A stretch of DNA of 64,000 nt from a virus. Within the stretch, counting starts at the first letter, position 1, and the number at the start of each line of letters is the position of its first letter. The DNA lies in IMG/VR virus record IMGVR_UViG_3300030107_002502, positions 2,817 through 66,816 of that record; one strand, 5' to 3'. Below, in pieces: positions 30,052 to 39,343 of the stretch. The notes below the pieces were generated by a model. That model made no database searches, was not told the DNA's origin, and saw only the letters and a program-made list of their open reading frames with translations. Position numbers and translations under genes: made by a program.

Positions 30052-30444
30052 TTAACTACTAAAATTTTCTTTAAAATACGTATCAACCTGTTCTAATAAA
30101 TCACTTTTATTTAAACGCCTGTCTAGTTCTATTCCATGATCTCTCATTAGAGCTTCCAACTCTACTTTAGTCATAGACCCATAATCAGGAACTTCCTCTT
30201 CCTCTTCCTCTTCCTCTTCGTCTACTTCAGGAGCTTCTTCTACTTCAGGAGCTTCTTCTACTTCAGGAGCTTCTTCTACTTCAGGAGCTTCTTCTACGGC
30301 TTCGTTTGGACCTTCTAACATTGCTAAAGCCTCAGCTTCGGTAAATATAGTTGTAGAAACAAGTCCACCACCTTTACGTTTTACATTATATACAGGTTCA
30401 TCGTTAATATTAGTACCAACTTGAACCATTTCTAAATCTGACAT
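30052..30444 (-). CDS. Acidic repeat protein with a small C-terminal helical (Rho-N/HeH-like) domain
   Basis: (EEAPEV)x4, poly-E, then MTKVELEALMRDHGIELDRRLNKSDLL. Confidence 0.65.
   Translation of the reverse strand: MSDLEMVQVGTNINDEPVYNVKRKGGGLVSTTIFTEAEALAMLEGPNEAVEEAPEVEEAPEVEEAPEVEEAPEVDEEEEEEEEEVPDYGSMTKVELEALMRDHGIELDRRLNKSDLLEQVDTYFKENFSS
30221..30297. repeat. 18-bp tandem repeat x4
   Basis: TCTACTTCAGGAGCTTCT unit. Confidence 0.95.
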
Positions 30445-30457
30445 AATTATCTCCTTA

Positions 30458-30727
30458 TTATGTTATTTTTGCCTTACGGAATCCCCTTTTGGCAATCCCT
30501 ACCCCACGAAGTGTAGAGCCTTTTTTAGTTTTTTTGGAGCTGCTTTTTACTGTTCCACCTTTTTTGCCCCCCATACCGCTTACTATTCGTCCTATTCTGT
30601 CCCCTCCAGGAGGATTATTACCAAAATGTAATTGGATCATAGCTTCTATTTCAGTTACTTTATCTAAATCTCCTGCTGATTTAGCGACTTCTAATTCTTC
30701 TAAAAGTGTTTGATATGGAGTTGCCAT
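30458..30727 (-). CDS. Small basic virion protein (KKGG...RGxG family, copy 3)
   Basis: KKGGTVK...RGVGIAKRGFRKAKI. Confidence 0.65.
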   Translation of the reverse strand: MATPYQTLLEELEVAKSAGDLDKVTEIEAMIQLHFGNNPPGGDRIGRIVSGMGGKKGGTVKSSSKKTKKGSTLRGVGIAKRGFRKAKIT

Positions 30728-31149
30728 TATATATACTTAGCCTTTCTTACACCCTTTTTAGCTATACCGCAGCCTCTGGGTCTACTACTTTTTTTAACTT
30801 TTCCACCTTTTTTATAGGTATCGCTTCCTGTTTCTACGCTTTTACCTAACGCTTCTTGTATTTTACCTCTATTCATCTTATTCATGCGAACAGATGTTGG
30901 CATTTCAGTAGGAGGTTTGGGTGGCATCCTACCTGCTACTTTTTTAACAGCTTTCATAACATTTTCAGGAAGTTTATTATATTGCCTTTTAAATTCCATA
31001 AAATTTTTAGGTGTATCTTTTCTTTTTAAAAATTCCTTTTTACTATCATCAGCTGCCTCTACCATAGCCTTTGTTAATGACTTTGGAGGTTCAACTGCGT
31101 CACCAGTTTTATACCCTTTAATTTGCTTATTCATGTCAGTCCTATTCAT
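30727..31149 (-). CDS. Small basic virion protein (KKGG...RGxG family, copy 2)
   Basis: YKKGGKVKKSSRPRGCGIAKKGVRKAKYI. Confidence 0.65.
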   Translation of the reverse strand: MNRTDMNKQIKGYKTGDAVEPPKSLTKAMVEAADDSKKEFLKRKDTPKNFMEFKRQYNKLPENVMKAVKKVAGRMPPKPPTEMPTSVRMNKMNRGKIQEALGKSVETGSDTYKKGGKVKKSSRPRGCGIAKKGVRKAKYI

Positions 31150-31158
31150 AATATACCT

Positions 31159-31533
31159 CTATAAATACTTGGTTTTCTTTATGCCACGCTTAGTTATACC
31201 ATAACCTCTGGGACTACTACTTTTTTTAGACTTTTTAACTTTTCCGCCTTTTTTATAAGAATCAAGAGTTTTTGTAAAAGGTGCTTCATCCCCAAGAGCA
31301 GAAGAAGCTGCTGCAAGTTGGTCTAAAGCTTCTGTGCTAGTATCTCTTATAGTTTCTACAGAACCTCTAGCCCCACCAGTTTGGGGTCTACCAATATTAC
31401 CCATACCCGGAGACCCACCTATACCCGGAGACCCACCTATACCCGGGTTAATTGGTCCTATAGGAGTTCTTCTTGGGTCACCTATACCCGGAGGTCCCCC
31501 TCTAAATAATTTTTTTACTTTTTTCTTTGCCAT
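31159..31533 (-). CDS. Small basic virion protein (KKGG...RGxG family, copy 1)
   Basis: YKKGGKVKKS...PRGYGITKRGIKKTKYL; GIGGSP repeats. Confidence 0.65.
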   Translation of the reverse strand: MAKKKVKKLFRGGPPGIGDPRRTPIGPINPGIGGSPGIGGSPGMGNIGRPQTGGARGSVETIRDTSTEALDQLAAASSALGDEAPFTKTLDSYKKGGKVKKSKKSSSPRGYGITKRGIKKTKYL

Positions 31534-31544
31534 ACCTTACTCCT

Positions 31545-32147
31545 CTAAGCGTAAAATACTGTTAACATATCAGTGACATCAAGTGTGTACTGAACAGTCA
31601 TACCACTATCAAATAAAACTCCTTCAGAAGGTATTGACCTATCTACAGTTTGGTTAGCTGTGCCTACTGTTCTGGCTGTAAAAAGAACTGTGCCGTCTTC
31701 AGGGGCACCATTATAAAAGGATACTGTACCTGCTGTACCACCAGAAACTACAGACATTCCTTTAAGTCTTATTCTATTGCTCCCTTCAACAGCTTGGGCA
31801 CAAAGTGAACCTGACCCAACTGTTATATTAGCAGCATATTGTGCTGAACATTCAACAGCAGATACAGTTAAAAAATACTTAGCCCCTGCAACAGTTTCTG
31901 CTGAACTTGTTGATGTTATAACTTCCGTCATAGAATCACCAAAAACATCTGTGCCTGTAATAGTACAGGTTTTAGCATTATCCCCAGTTCCCGCAGTTGT
32001 AACCGTAACATTTCTAGCTGCACCCCCTGCATGGGTAGTGTTAGCCATAGTTGCTGAAGTATCTGGCCTTGCTGCGGTAACTAAACGATCCGCATCAGCG
32101 GCATTTACGTCACTTACCGTTAAAACTTTTACATCTGAAATTCCCAT
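31545..32147 (-). CDS. Virion structural protein
   Basis: 200 aa, T/A/G/V-rich, AGGAG RBS. Confidence 0.6.
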   Translation of the reverse strand: MGISDVKVLTVSDVNAADADRLVTAARPDTSATMANTTHAGGAARNVTVTTAGTGDNAKTCTITGTDVFGDSMTEVITSTSSAETVAGAKYFLTVSAVECSAQYAANITVGSGSLCAQAVEGSNRIRLKGMSVVSGGTAGTVSFYNGAPEDGTVLFTARTVGTANQTVDRSIPSEGVLFDSGMTVQYTLDVTDMLTVFYA

Positions 32148-32159
32148 GTAAATCTCCTT

Positions 32160-32184
32160 AAAAAATGTGGGGGTTTCCCCCCAC
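32160..32184 (-). terminator. Intrinsic terminator
   Basis: Minus strand GTGGGGG-GAAA-CCCCCAC followed by ATTTTTT. Confidence 0.65.
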
Positions 32185-32205
32185 TAGTTTGGGGGAATGA
32201 AACTA

Positions 32206-33108
32206 TTATATGTCCATCCATACAAGAGAATATTCTGTGGTAGCATTAACAGCCATTACTTGACCAATATTCACAAGTGTGGACCCTGAACTTGGTTCAA
32301 CCGCTCCTGCAGTTGAATCCGACCTCATACAGTTATGACCAAGAACTAAAGTACCCTCAGTTAATATCGCCTGTGGGCCATATACTGTAAACCAACCATA
32401 ATAATCAGCTGTCATATCAATAACTGTGCATCCTACTACTGATCCTGCTTCTGCTGTAGGAGCAACAACTACCTGTGAGTATGGATTATGTATTAATGAA
32501 AGTTGTGAGCTTGTTGTTAACGCTGTTTTAAGAGCGTCATATGTAGTAATAACAACACTAGGATCATCTGAATGGTCGTGTGCAGGGTTAGATTTTACCC
32601 TCATTGTCTGGCCTTCACCATTAACATCATTTGCCCAGAGATAACCATCTGCATACTCGTTAAGAGTTAAGTCATTACCACCTGTTTCAACAGAAATAGC
32701 TGTTTCACCTGCATCTACAGCAGCAGTTGCTGTCATATTTAAGTGGTTTGAATCTTGAGCTTGATGTGCGACCAGCTTTCCTGCTGTAACACCAGTACCG
32801 CCTAATAATCCATATCTATAAACGTTATTTCCATAATGAAGCATACTACCTAAAGGAAAAAGTTGAGTTGAACTTTCTGCCCAAGGATTAGCTGTGCCGT
32901 ATTGACTTCCACCTTTACCGATAACTAAATCAGTAGGGCCATAGCCTGTAGCAGCAGCGTACTGTACGTGCCCGCCACCAGTACTGTATATATTACCGCT
33001 TGAATTAACGACAAAATTATCTGTGAAAGTACCAAGAGTGCTACTCTTAGTTACTTGCTTAAACCCGTTTTCTGATCGGACGGAACCGTTAAAAGTTGTA
33101 TTAGCCAT
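32206..33108 (-). CDS. Capsid decoration/spike-like structural protein
   Basis: 300 aa immediately after the MCP; MANTTFNGSVRSENGF start; YYGWF motif. Confidence 0.55.
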   Translation of the reverse strand: MANTTFNGSVRSENGFKQVTKSSTLGTFTDNFVVNSSGNIYSTGGGHVQYAAATGYGPTDLVIGKGGSQYGTANPWAESSTQLFPLGSMLHYGNNVYRYGLLGGTGVTAGKLVAHQAQDSNHLNMTATAAVDAGETAISVETGGNDLTLNEYADGYLWANDVNGEGQTMRVKSNPAHDHSDDPSVVITTYDALKTALTTSSQLSLIHNPYSQVVVAPTAEAGSVVGCTVIDMTADYYGWFTVYGPQAILTEGTLVLGHNCMRSDSTAGAVEPSSGSTLVNIGQVMAVNATTEYSLVWMDI

Positions 33109-33164
33109 GTTAATCTCCTTGTCTCGGCTACTGTCAGCTTACGCTGTCAAGGTTAATTTATTAT

Positions 33165-33193
33165 AGTATATAGTAAAAAAGGGTGACTAGCAA
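33165..33193 (-). promoter_or_regulatory. Putative sigma70 promoter embedded in the MCP terminator
   Basis: Minus strand TTGCTA (33193-33188), 17 bp, TATACT (33170-33165); an overlapping TATAAT at 33165-33160. Confidence 0.45.
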
Positions 33194-33204
33194 GCCACCC
33201 TTTT
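33175..33204 (-). terminator. Intrinsic terminator after the major capsid gene
   Basis: Minus strand GGGTGGCT-TGCT-AGTCACCC then TTTTTT. Confidence 0.8.
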
Positions 33205-33216
33205 GATTTTTTGCGG

Positions 33217-34125
33217 TTAAGCTCCTGGGGAGCCAAAGATACCTAACGGATCAGATACGCCAAAGCTATATCTTTCTCTCGCTTTATATCTACTGTTACC
33301 TGTGTCGAAATCAGCATCCATAGATGTTGACATTGCGGTACGAACAAAATGTTTTAGTCCGTTTGGTACATCTGTTTTAACAAACCAAGCATCTGTATCA
33401 GTTAGATAGTGGTTTACAGTGTAGCCTTCTGGAATAGAACCATTGTTCTTAATCGCATTAAGGTCATTATCTGCGGTAGATACACGTCCTTCTGTTTCTA
33501 ACAAACGAGTCGCCACAAACTGTAGATTCGGTGGAATGACCAGTTTACGAGGTCTAGCTGCAATTAGCAGTCCTCTTTCATCTGTCCATCCAGCAATCTG
33601 AATAATAGCCGCTTCCAAGGAAGTTTCATTAAGGTCAGCTGCGGTTGAAGGTTCATTAGAGTTGGTGCCACCTGAAACTAATGGGTGTGCTGTAGAACAA
33701 AGTTCTAACCCATCGCCATAAGTGTACCCAGAATCGAAAGCATTGTTCAAGATAGAAGCTGCTTTAACTTGCTTTGTATACGCCATAGCACGAGCGAGTG
33801 CTTTAGTATAACGAGATGACAAAGAGTCATACAAGTTATCCTCAATAGCTTCTTCAGTAACTGAAAAACCCATTGCAATAGTCTCGTGGTTATAACGAGC
33901 AGTCCATGCTTCTTGAGCATTATCATACTCGATAGCTGAACCTTCGTCTTTAACAGGTGCAGCTGAAAAGCCTGATAATTTAGTTTCTTCTTCAAAAGAA
34001 CGATCTGAAGATTCTTTATCAAAAATTTCAGTGTGTTCTTCACCATACTTCGCATATTCCATGCCGAAAAGGGCATTTAGACCAGGAAGTAGTTCTTTAA
34101 GTAATTGAGCTCTTGATATCGCCAT
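33217..34125 (-). CDS. Major capsid protein
   Basis: 302 aa MAISRAQLLKELLPGLNALFG...RYKARERYSFGVSDPLGIFGSPGA; strong terminator downstream. Confidence 0.9.
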   Translation of the reverse strand: MAISRAQLLKELLPGLNALFGMEYAKYGEEHTEIFDKESSDRSFEEETKLSGFSAAPVKDEGSAIEYDNAQEAWTARYNHETIAMGFSVTEEAIEDNLYDSLSSRYTKALARAMAYTKQVKAASILNNAFDSGYTYGDGLELCSTAHPLVSGGTNSNEPSTAADLNETSLEAAIIQIAGWTDERGLLIAARPRKLVIPPNLQFVATRLLETEGRVSTADNDLNAIKNNGSIPEGYTVNHYLTDTDAWFVKTDVPNGLKHFVRTAMSTSMDADFDTGNSRYKARERYSFGVSDPLGIFGSPGA

Positions 34126-34137
34126 TGTCTATCTCCC

Positions 34138-34773
34138 TTATAAGCCAGTTGCAGTACGGTATGCGTGACCACCCACAGAAATATTACTGCTTTCATAGGG
34201 GGCATTAAACACAACGAGAACTTCTTGAAAAGCATCGCTACCGGTTTTTGTATCCTCAACCACATCAATTATTTTGAGTGGAAGTGAAAGTGTAGTAGCA
34301 ACGCTACTGCTGAGTAAAGCTAACTTAGCTCGTCCATTAGTAGTATTTAATGTATTACTAATAATCGTAGCATTGTTACCAATAACAGTTCTTGCCACTG
34401 TAGCCACAGTTGTGGTTGCAGAACAGACAGCTACTTTCATTACTACGTCAGGGTCATCAACAACAAATGCGTCAATGTCACTAGCAACGATGCTGCCAGG
34501 ATATTGGTTGTTGAATGTTAACTGACTAGTGTTTGGGTCAGTATACTGACAGCCCATGAAAATACCTAATGTACCAGTAGCACCAAAAGCTGTTGTACTT
34601 GCGTCACGATCAACAGTTCCGTCACTTACACGTTTTACTAGATCACCTTTGCCAATAGCTGTACCGTAGTTACTAGCTATTCTCATTTGGCGAGTAGCAC
34701 CACTGTAAGAACGACCACCGATCAAACCAACGGGCACAAGCCCGTATGGAGCATCTATAGTTGGATAAGCCAT
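34138..34773 (-). CDS. Minor capsid/cement protein
   Basis: 211 aa directly upstream of the MCP; APYGLVPV...GIFMGCQYTDP pattern. Confidence 0.6.
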   Translation of the reverse strand: MAYPTIDAPYGLVPVGLIGGRSYSGATRQMRIASNYGTAIGKGDLVKRVSDGTVDRDASTTAFGATGTLGIFMGCQYTDPNTSQLTFNNQYPGSIVASDIDAFVVDDPDVVMKVAVCSATTTVATVARTVIGNNATIISNTLNTTNGRAKLALLSSSVATTLSLPLKIIDVVEDTKTGSDAFQEVLVVFNAPYESSNISVGGHAYRTATGL

Positions 34774-34804
34774 AATTTTTCTCCAAATTTATCCTATATT
34801 AAAA

Positions 34805-35254
34805 TTAATTACCTTTGCCGAAAGTAACCTTCGTTTTCCTATCATTAAATAAAGGCATACGAGGGTCATTTTCTCTCATGAGATTGTTGTCAACTGATTG
34901 TATTTGAGCATCTGCCTGTTTAGCAAAATAAGCATTACGCTCATCAACCAATTCTTCTGGAGCTTTACAAAGCATCAACCCCCCGATTACAATGTTATCC
35001 TTGAATTTTTCATTTTCAATCGTAACAATCGTAATTTCAGGATGGTCTACTGCCTTTACAGGCTCCCAACCTTCTCTGAGTTTTGAGGAAACGTTAGTGG
35101 CATCTACTAAGCCTTGAGTGCTAACCCTAACCCAGTGATACTTATATCCCGGCTCAGGATTTGGAGATGGTAAAGTCTCCGGACGCTGCCAAGCCTTTTT
35201 GCGGGTTGTTCTTTCACGTGTTTCAAGTTCTCTGTCAATTCTATTTTCAGCCAT
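34805..35254 (-). CDS. Conserved head-module protein
   Basis: 149 aa; YHWVRVS...LREGWEPV...GGLMLCK. Confidence 0.65.
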   Translation of the reverse strand: MAENRIDRELETRERTTRKKAWQRPETLPSPNPEPGYKYHWVRVSTQGLVDATNVSSKLREGWEPVKAVDHPEITIVTIENEKFKDNIVIGGLMLCKAPEELVDERNAYFAKQADAQIQSVDNNLMRENDPRMPLFNDRKTKVTFGKGN

Positions 35255-36275
35255 TTTCTTTCCTCATTTCTTCTGCAACCTGTTTGGCGTATAAATCTAG
35301 TGGTACTCCAAGCCTTTTAGCTATACTCACCTGTGTTTGCGTTAGTGTAACCTTTTTAGGGGCTGTGCTCCGTGTAGCGGGTGCAACCACATTTGATTGT
35401 CGTTTCTTAGGCTTCTCAACCTCCGGTTTTTCTCCCCCTTCAAAATTTTCAGGGAATAATTGTCGCATCCGAGCATCTATGGTTTCATAGTACTCATCAG
35501 TTCGGGCGTATTCAGGCCCTTTTTCTTTGACAAGTTTAGTATGCAGCCCCAATGCGAGACTTGTCATCTCATCGTCTGTACCAAACCAGGTATTGGCTTC
35601 CGCCCATTTCTTGGTCCGTACATCCATCGCTGGAGCGGTTTCTTTATTCTGTTCTACAGGAGTATCTCCTTCCTGTAAAGTAGGAACTTTAAAATTTTCT
35701 AACTTATCTGCTTTAATTTTAGCAGAAGTTAAAGTTTCTTGTGCTGCGAGTATAGCATCTGTGTCTCCTGCTTCATAAGCATCTTTATATGCTTTTTTAG
35801 CACTTTCCAACTCTTTTTCAGTAGCTTTTTTAGCTTGTTCAAGCATAGCTGTCTGATTTTTACCGACAGTACCTTTTAGTTTTTTATTTTCTTCAATAAG
35901 CTGTTGGGAATAACGTTCAAGTTCATTTTTCTCACGTGTAGCTTGCTCTTTAGCACGTCTTTCATCATGATAACCTTTACTGAAATGTTTTATTCTAGTA
36001 CGTACTTTTTCAGAATATTCACCTAATTCTTCTTCAGTAACTTCAGTAGGTGGCTCGGATACTTTACGGCCTCTATCAGCTTCCGGTGTATCATCAACAA
36101 CCTCAACCTCCATCTCACTTGCAGTATCATCAGTTTTACTTTCAACCTTTTTTTCTTCTGGTTTAGATTTTTCTGAGATATCAACTTCGATAGCACTAGA
36201 TTTTTCAATCTCGATATCAGGTTTTTTATTTTCTTTTTCATCTGGGAATGTATATTCTACTTTTTCAAATGCCAT
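35247..36275 (-). CDS. Putative capsid scaffolding protein
   Basis: 342 aa, acidic N-terminus, coiled coil, C-terminal IAKRLGVPLDLYAK. Confidence 0.65.
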   Translation of the reverse strand: MAFEKVEYTFPDEKENKKPDIEIEKSSAIEVDISEKSKPEEKKVESKTDDTASEMEVEVVDDTPEADRGRKVSEPPTEVTEEELGEYSEKVRTRIKHFSKGYHDERRAKEQATREKNELERYSQQLIEENKKLKGTVGKNQTAMLEQAKKATEKELESAKKAYKDAYEAGDTDAILAAQETLTSAKIKADKLENFKVPTLQEGDTPVEQNKETAPAMDVRTKKWAEANTWFGTDDEMTSLALGLHTKLVKEKGPEYARTDEYYETIDARMRQLFPENFEGGEKPEVEKPKKRQSNVVAPATRSTAPKKVTLTQTQVSIAKRLGVPLDLYAKQVAEEMRKENG

Positions 36276-36284
36276 TATACCCCC

Positions 36285-36668
36285 CTATGCTCTCTGTACG
36301 CCACGAGGATCAGCTACAACAGCTTCTATTGAATCATCATTCATTAGCCGATATTCTGCCCCGTTAATTTTAAATCTTGTTCCAGTATTGGCACGAAACA
36401 TGACGTAATCACCCTGTTTACACCATGCTCCTTCAGGGAAACGCTCTTTGTCACTATAAGCTTGAGTACCCATGTCAATAACAACTCCGATAATAGACAT
36501 TATATTTTCATAATGCTTTTCTTTATCTGTTTTTAATAATTCAGTACCCTCATATTTGTCTTCTACTTTTGGTAACGCTACCAATACCCTGTAACCTACA
36601 GGTTTAGGTAATTGTAGTTCCAATTCTTCATCGGATACATTTATTTCTTGTAAATCTACTCTATTCAT
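36285..36668 (-). CDS. groES: GroES-like co-chaperonin
   Basis: PVGYRVLV...GDYVMF...GTRFKINGAEYRLMNDDSIEAVV; start moved to ATG 36668. Confidence 0.8.
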   Translation of the reverse strand: MNRVDLQEINVSDEELELQLPKPVGYRVLVALPKVEDKYEGTELLKTDKEKHYENIMSIIGVVIDMGTQAYSDKERFPEGAWCKQGDYVMFRANTGTRFKINGAEYRLMNDDSIEAVVADPRGVQRA

Positions 36669-36858
36669 TATCTTCCTCAAATTGATTTCGCTGGAGGTCT
36701 TTAATAATTGAAATACTTGACTCGAGACCCCGTACCAAGCCAGTAACTTCCTTATATTGGGAGAAATCTTTAGGTCCTCCTGATGTAAGAAATTTCACAG
36801 AGGACTCTTTTTGTTCCTCGATTTGTTCTATAAGCACGTCAAAGACGGTTTTAGCCAT
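36661..36858 (-). CDS. Hypothetical protein
   Basis: 65 aa between portal and GroES. Confidence 0.65.
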   Translation of the reverse strand: MAKTVFDVLIEQIEEQKESSVKFLTSGGPKDFSQYKEVTGLVRGLESSISIIKDLQRNQFEEDNE

Positions 36859-36861
36859 AAA

Positions 36862-39333
36862 TTATCCTTTAGGTTTAGTTTCTGGTTTATCTTTAGCTTT
36901 ATCTTTTTTAACAGTATTAAGTAAATCGACACCAGTTTTAAGCTTGTTAGCCTCTCTAGCGTCTTTCATTTTTACTTTCTCTTTTTTAGCGTTCAAGGTT
37001 AATTCTGCCTGATCCATCTGGATATCTGCCTGATCCTTTATTGCTTTACGCTGTAGTTCAGCAGCTTTTAATTTATTATCATCAGCATCTTTCTTGGCTT
37101 TACGCTGTACTTCTGCCGCTTTCAGTTTTAATTCCTGCTGTTGCATTTGTATAATCGGGTCTTGTGCTTTCTGCTGTGCTTCACGTTGTGCCGCTTGCTG
37201 TTTATGTGCCTGTGTAAGCTGTCTGCCTGCATCGGCAACCAGACGTGCGAGATTAACTTCAACTTCTTCAGGGAGTTCTTCGTTAGGTGGAGGTAACGGA
37301 GCTCCTAATTTCTCTTCGATCTGTTTGCGGTAGTTAAACCCTAGATGTTCAGCTATATGTGCCTGCAAGGATGCCATAATCTGTTTTGCCTGTGGATTCT
37401 GTCCTATAAGCTGGGCAACCATCGGGTCTTGCATAAAGGCCGTATGAGTAGCAATATGAGCATCATGATCCTGATAAATAAACGCTTTCATCGGTTTACC
37501 GACAAGGGCGTTCATATTTTCGCTTACTGGATCAGATGGTTTAATATCTTCTTTTGTCGGTACAAGCTTATCAGCATTTTTGACCCCCAGTACTTCTATC
37601 ATCTGCCTGTGAAGTTGCGGCAGGTCATATATTTGTGGAGCCTGTGCTGACATCTGTAATACAGCCTGATACTGAACAACCCTTTGAGCCATTGTAGAAC
37701 TGTTGGGATCACTAACAGGTATGACATCAACCATTAAATAGTCAGCTTGCCTTGCCCCAACCTCTCCTCTAACAGGTTGGTATGCGTATTCTGCAGGTGC
37801 ATATTCTGATAGTATTGCTTTTAACAGTTTAAATTCCTGCTTCATTGCATAATGAACACGTGCCTGTACAGCAGCCATAGGCTTCAATGTACGTTCCAGT
37901 AATGCCAATGTGGTTCCTACAGGAGCATTTGCCGACATGTCGGATATGTTCATATCGCTTATAGCCCCTAATCTTCTGCCTTCGGTAGTAATCTTATCAA
38001 GTAACTGCAGTAAGGTTGCACTTGGTTCTTTATATGGAAGGGGCATAATATTATCCCGTATACTACCAGAGGGTACATCTACATCTTTCCACTCTCCAGG
38101 TTCTATCGGGGCATCATCACCCTTAATACGCAGCCCTCTTGATTTTAACCCGCCTGGGAGATTAGCGAGAGTCCCTGCATCTACTAGCTGACGTATTAAG
38201 GATGTTCCTGCACGAGCATATCCACCTATAATATGAATAAGCCCAAGTCCATAAAAGCCAAAACCCGGAACGTATACATAATGAACAAAATGCTGTCTTT
38301 TTAGTTTAAGTTCATCATCAGGACTCCAATTCCTACGTATAGCCAAAACTTTATTAGAGCCACGTTCTATGGTAACTATATAGGGCTTTGCTATCTCTTC
38401 TTCACTGTTATCTATACCTTCTATGACAATATCTGCATGAATTTCGTATACAGCATATCTATTGTCATCTGTAAGGGAATATCCGCCTTCTTCTGCTTTC
38501 CGTACTTCTATATCAGTATGAAATGCCTGTGGTTCCCCTAAATCTTCCACTTCACGGTAAAACTTGTTAGCCTGAAGTTTCTTTAATTCATTTTTAGTCT
38601 TACGCATTATATGCGTAACACGTTCAGCTGTTTCTATATGGGATGCCCCATAAGGAATAATTACATCTTCTGCAGGAATATAAATAGCACATTGCCTGCC
38701 TATATTCGGATCATAATAAACTTTCTTAAATGCCGAACCTGACAAACCAAGACTGTACAGTAATCTTTCATGCTCAGACCTGTACTCCACCATATTCTCA
38801 GTAAGTTCATAATTCATATCCCCTTTAACACGGGTAGCTGCTTCTTCCTTTTCCTTTGTTTCATCACCTATAATTTTAGTTTTTACAGGTCCAAGTGCAG
38901 GAAATGTTTCACTCATAGTTTCTGCCTGAAACCGTATAGCCGCTTCGGCAAGGACTGTAGAATAGACACCACAGGCTCCTTCCCAGGGGTCAGTGCGTTC
39001 TTCGTATTTAAACCCTAACACGTCAAGCCCTTTTACAAATGTATCCGCCCAGTCTTTCCTACTGTCTACATCAGACTCAACCAGATCAATAAGCTCAGAA
39101 GCCAGATTATCAAGGACATTCTCCTCAAGTGTTTCGGCAAGGTTACCATCAAACTCGGTTTCCCCTGCCTCTTCTCCCGGAATCAGGGTAACTTCTACGC
39201 TACCATCATCAAGAGTAACCATATCGGGATTTACAATTTCAATCTCTAAATCCGGTTCAGGCAGTTTACCATTTTTCTTTATTTCTTCCTCTATTCCCAG
39301 AGGAGCTGGAGATATCCCTTTTTCAATAGCCAT
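36862..39333 (-). CDS. Portal protein
   Basis: 823 aa after the terminase; GSAFKKVYYD, GFGFYGLGLIH and a Q-rich coiled-coil C-terminal extension. Confidence 0.85.
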   Translation of the reverse strand: MAIEKGISPAPLGIEEEIKKNGKLPEPDLEIEIVNPDMVTLDDGSVEVTLIPGEEAGETEFDGNLAETLEENVLDNLASELIDLVESDVDSRKDWADTFVKGLDVLGFKYEERTDPWEGACGVYSTVLAEAAIRFQAETMSETFPALGPVKTKIIGDETKEKEEAATRVKGDMNYELTENMVEYRSEHERLLYSLGLSGSAFKKVYYDPNIGRQCAIYIPAEDVIIPYGASHIETAERVTHIMRKTKNELKKLQANKFYREVEDLGEPQAFHTDIEVRKAEEGGYSLTDDNRYAVYEIHADIVIEGIDNSEEEIAKPYIVTIERGSNKVLAIRRNWSPDDELKLKRQHFVHYVYVPGFGFYGLGLIHIIGGYARAGTSLIRQLVDAGTLANLPGGLKSRGLRIKGDDAPIEPGEWKDVDVPSGSIRDNIMPLPYKEPSATLLQLLDKITTEGRRLGAISDMNISDMSANAPVGTTLALLERTLKPMAAVQARVHYAMKQEFKLLKAILSEYAPAEYAYQPVRGEVGARQADYLMVDVIPVSDPNSSTMAQRVVQYQAVLQMSAQAPQIYDLPQLHRQMIEVLGVKNADKLVPTKEDIKPSDPVSENMNALVGKPMKAFIYQDHDAHIATHTAFMQDPMVAQLIGQNPQAKQIMASLQAHIAEHLGFNYRKQIEEKLGAPLPPPNEELPEEVEVNLARLVADAGRQLTQAHKQQAAQREAQQKAQDPIIQMQQQELKLKAAEVQRKAKKDADDNKLKAAELQRKAIKDQADIQMDQAELTLNAKKEKVKMKDAREANKLKTGVDLLNTVKKDKAKDKPETKPKG

Positions 39334-39343
39334 AATTTACTCC

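Noticed and set aside
33117-33152. Leader as a hammerhead ribozyme (CUGA...CGAGAC resemblance)
   Set aside because: It lacks CUGANGA, GAAA and an NUH cleavage triplet; kept only as a generic structured leader
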